Below are positions 16,401-18,338 of a stretch of DNA of 18,338 bases, in pieces (the first letter of the stretch is position 1; every line of letters starts with the position of its first letter). The position numbers and the translations under genes are program-made. Under the pieces are notes generated by a model. It was not told the origin of the DNA. It saw only the letters and a list, made by a program, of their open reading frames with translations, and ran no database searches. The stretch is from Candidatus Cloacimonadota bacterium. Its GTDB lineage: Bacteria; Cloacimonadota; Cloacimonadia; Cloacimonadales; WRIO01. The stretch is from assembly GCA_029564175.1 (NCBI GenBank), contig JAKQQL010000300.1, forward strand, positions 1 through 18,338, in the 5' to 3' direction.

Positions 16401-17745
16401 CACACATATTCGTAATTAGCTGTTGTATATGCTCACTATTTATAGTACTACTATTATATTTTTTCTTTTGATTACCATATAAATACCAGTCTGGAGCAAC
16501 AACTCTTGACTCTGTTTCAATTTTAAAATGATTCATCAAATCGTATTTAATGTCAGAGTAATTATCCCTTCCATACCCATTAACGGCTGTTATCATGTGC
16601 AAATTATTTGCAATCGCTTTTTCATTAATCAATTTAAAGGTTTTAAACTGAGGGGGTAAGGGCTCGTCTCTGCTTTCCAGATAGACAATATTATCATTTT
16701 CTTCTCGTAAATCCGCTATTCTTGTATTGATTGAAGTAAGCAATGGAGAATTAGTTGCATCAAGCGTTCTGAAAAGATTGTCTTCCATCGTTATCTTATC
16801 AATCAATAAATCACCATTGTTCATATAATAGAGAGTAGGAGATATATAAAATATTTTATCGCCCCAATAAGTTTTCATAATAAGACCCTGGTTTTCCAAA
16901 TGAGTTTTCAGTTCACTAAGATCCAGCTTATACTCAATTATTGTAAAATTATTAATATCTTGGGTTAAAGTGCTGTCATTGCATTGAGCTCTAGTAATAA
17001 GGTTGTCATTGTAAATGTTTGGATGAGTAGAATGCAAAAGACTTGTTATATCATACTCTAACTGATCTGAGAATCTGTTCGCTACTGCAATTTTTAGTTT
17101 AGCTATAAAAAGAGCGCCTTGATTACCTGTATTTGTTGCTTTTACATGGTATTTTATATATAATGTATCAATTAATTCATGGGTCAACATCATGCCTGTC
17201 AAATATCTGATTTCATTTCCATAAACCCAGGTCGCAACCATTGTTTCTCTTACCTTTAGATTTTTCACAGCATAATAACCATAGCTGTTGGCACGCGGAC
17301 TGCATTTTAATGCTTTCCAGTTATCATCAGGGTAAATTGACAGATTTGATATGGGATCAGGGTCAGATTCTATCCCGTAAAACCATTGGTAGTTTGTATG
17401 ATAACTTGGTTGATCTCCTTGATCAATTTTATATTCTGCCTCAAACTCATAATGACTGCCATAACTGGAGTTGTAAGGTCCATTTTGTGATTTATCACCA
17501 AGAATAGCATCAAATCCCATATTGTCAATCGTTTCAAGCATCGTGTCGTAAGAGATATGATTGTTTGTTAAATACCAGTTTTCTGTGTTAACTCTCAGAG
17601 TGTTAAAGTATGCATCCTGCATCATATTCAGATAATCAGGATAGTACACCTGTGAATAATCTCCGATTAAAAACTCATCGGAATGTTTTGCTAACAGACT
17701 CGCTAAAACGAGTACGATCATAAGCATTGTATATAATTTTTTCAT
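13468..17745 (-). CDS. Large secreted multidomain protein: putative GH-like barrel, right-handed beta-helix, TPR-like region and C-terminal sorting domain, 1425 aa
   Basis: Signal peptide. RDEP and YGADGIQTF motifs followed by YLMLVNR..IEAGEGLFIKI, Asn/Ile-rich beta-helix repeats (IENSTF, ISNCIF..NNTGI, IRNSNF), helical FDQARDLLKQGDYIPALLIFK, and NYPNPFNP..RKMLMMK. RBS AAGGA. Confidence 0.85.
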   Translation of the reverse strand: MKKLYTMLMIVLVLASLLAKHSDEFLIGDYSQVYYPDYLNMMQDAYFNTLRVNTENWYLTNNHISYDTMLETIDNMGFDAILGDKSQNGPYNSSYGSHYEFEAEYKIDQGDQPSYHTNYQWFYGIESDPDPISNLSIYPDDNWKALKCSPRANSYGYYAVKNLKVRETMVATWVYGNEIRYLTGMMLTHELIDTLYIKYHVKATNTGNQGALFIAKLKIAVANRFSDQLEYDITSLLHSTHPNIYNDNLITRAQCNDSTLTQDINNFTIIEYKLDLSELKTHLENQGLIMKTYWGDKIFYISPTLYYMNNGDLLIDKITMEDNLFRTLDATNSPLLTSINTRIADLREENDNIVYLESRDEPLPPQFKTFKLINEKAIANNLHMITAVNGYGRDNYSDIKYDLMNHFKIETESRVVAPDWYLYGNQKKKYNSSTINSEHIQQLITNMCDYYESVRNDTLRFLPVVQTYGEWSVSGYWNGIMLPPDAQQRMLMYLPMCYGADGIQTFRMMANTNLDSINVNPGNPSDEGDTSTEYRGDADPKIAAINKRGGALEALSQYEVIKEALFNIKKIGYMTKDLEWEHAGTIMTENELISTGSNNFSVSGQVINQNDNSAITPSYSGYVQYGSYTDIDNQVYLMLVNRRTNKRTIGVEGDIVATFNVNNAFSTASPQTLRLTIDGLSPNQVVTNTLTGDIYNLSNGVCDIQIEAGEGLFIKIGDRQVPAVVKANDTLELSNQKIYHDIINKGYLTISDSVEFINARIINDIDGQLDILNANVKSNLLNNLFIDNYGNVSISNSSIYSKGTVIACKANSTTNINNVNISADMGCIQYGSNSNIIINDSELTSKDKLLSLIPREGGVESDISINNTIFNGYQNNNIGIEYYSYDGNHLIIENSTFKGFDTALSYYTPSSNNDHISNCIFQKNNTGIRLLGEGNMLPITVCEFTDNLIGIDNIFTNTKIDGCLFKRYNLGLDLVNGTPIGIRMENNFTFPISRSENLPDMIWQIRNSNFMYLNTGIEVLGSSPRFINNIFNSMNNLKLLDNAYPDISWNAHNVLGHLSQTTNHVTLSKTSSLKLKSGHNDFYNPSQNDFNVYNRTTIPQIINCSKNYFQANNDSLFVVISNSNFTSSFFINNLDSSPNQNTPFVIENEFDQARDLLKQGDYIPALLIFKNVLINQIENERDYWKESADECFNITGYIKGDFEELRLVYEGLYENPPVFLNIDEMKDYVYLMKDYEKRCYMMIESKSDTNLQMAKNILSDRIQNDDDEVSVICAKINLDNISLLEEYQNTENKAATDYVNNQVKINAILVSKADKFKQLNRLLNPEDHSSVPIPKKLFSQNYPNPFNPTTTIQYGLAKDTHVKINIYNIKGQKVKTLINENKQAGVHKIVWDGKDHKQKNVSSGIYFYHIQTNHGRVTRKMLMMK

Positions 17746-17779
17746 TTTATATCCTTATAAAAATAGGGTGAATATAACT

Positions 17780-17929
17780 CCCTGTTTTTCTTAAAAGCAG
17801 GGCATTTCTGTATCGAACGATATTTCAGGACATTCAGGCATTGCTTCATTACCTGTCTGATTGTGGCTTTAGCCCTAACCAGGCAAGCGACATATGAACA
17901 TAAGTCTCTTGTCACAGGCAAACTGCCTG
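17780..17929. promoter_or_regulatory. Chain of five adjacent hairpins in the 211-nt gap upstream of the 1425-aa gene
   Basis: Stems at 17780-17802, 17811-17822, 17852-17887, 17887-17915 and 17915-17929. Confidence 0.35.
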
Positions 17930-17956
17930 ATTTTCGAACAAACTATTTTGATCTTC

Positions 17957-18338
17957 CTACTTGATCAGACTAATTTTCCGGGTACTCAGAATCTCTTGCC
18001 CTGATTTCAGGTGGCAGAGATAGATGCCTGAACTGAGATGTTCTGTCTTCCATTCCACCTGACCAGCTTTTAACTGACCGGATTCCAGATTAATGGTCTC
18101 AATCTTCTGCCCTTTGATGTTATAAATATCTATACTCAGGCTTTTGAGATCTTTTTGCGACTTGATCTCAAAATTCACATAGGGATTAAAGGGATTGGGA
18201 TAAGCCTTGAAGCTTAATCCGGAGGCAGGCGGAGTACTCTCATCCACAGACACTGTTGTCTCTAATATATTGGTATTGCCGGCATAGACAAAGACATATC
18301 CTTCTCTCCAATAATCCAGACAGGGTGCTCCGATTGCA
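17957..18338 (-). CDS. 3' end of an FG-GAP (integrin-alpha-like) repeat protein with a C-terminal sorting domain; 5' part outside the window
   Basis: The frame stays open from 18337: AIGAPCLDYWREGYVFVYAGNTNILETTVSVDE..., an FG-GAP repeat, then AYPNPFNP..SSGIY..RKISLIK-stop. The 98-aa ORF call is only its tail. Confidence 0.88.
   Translation of the reverse strand, partial: AIGAPCLDYWREGYVFVYAGNTNILETTVSVDESTPPASGLSFKAYPNPFNPYVNFEIKSQKDLKSLSIDIYNIKGQKIETINLESGQLKAGQVEWKTEHLSSGIYLCHLKSGQEILSTRKISLIK

Noticed and set aside
659..17507. Short ORFs overlapping long genes (659-886, 1287-1487, 2940-3131, 4266-4715, 4437-4631, 8068-8316, 8758-8946, 13552-13737, 14660-14983, 17241-17507)
   Set aside because: Antisense or alternative-frame shadows of well-supported CDSs, with no recognisable motifs.
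17911..17940. GTCACAGGCAAAC resembling the start of a c-di-GMP-I riboswitch
   Set aside because: Wrong strand for the downstream gene, and it lacks the GAAA-capped P2 stem and the following GACGCAAA segment.

Overview
AT-rich bacterial chromosomal segment, most likely from the FCB superphylum and probably Candidatus Cloacimonadota. This is an inference from four proteins ending in an '(N/A)YPNPFNP...YN(I/A)KGQ...SG(I/V)Y...K(M/I)xxxK-stop' C-terminal sorting/FlgD-Ig-type domain. The left part holds housekeeping genes: an inositol monophosphatase overlapping an HD-domain hydrolase, a convergent SatP-family acetate/succinate transporter, and a divergent 707-aa EF-hand membrane-anchored protein of unknown function. 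The right part is all on the minus strand: a truncated FG-GAP protein with a C-terminal sorting domain (CTD), a 1425-aa secreted multidomain protein (GH-like barrel, beta-helix, TPR-like region, CTD), an ~890-bp intergenic region with nested helices and 9-bp-periodic inverted arms, a basic orphan ORF, an acyl-CoA thioesterase, a 936-aa non-catalytic adhesin-like CTD protein and an S8 protease with a CTD. I see no rRNA, tRNA, CRISPR array, transposase, integrase or reverse transcriptase. The best leads are (1) the clustered CTD secretome with gingipain-like adhesin architecture in a lineage whose T9SS status needs checking, and (2) the structured, repeat-bearing non-coding element at 12.7-13.2 kb. 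All pairings were found by eye; no folding or database searches were run.
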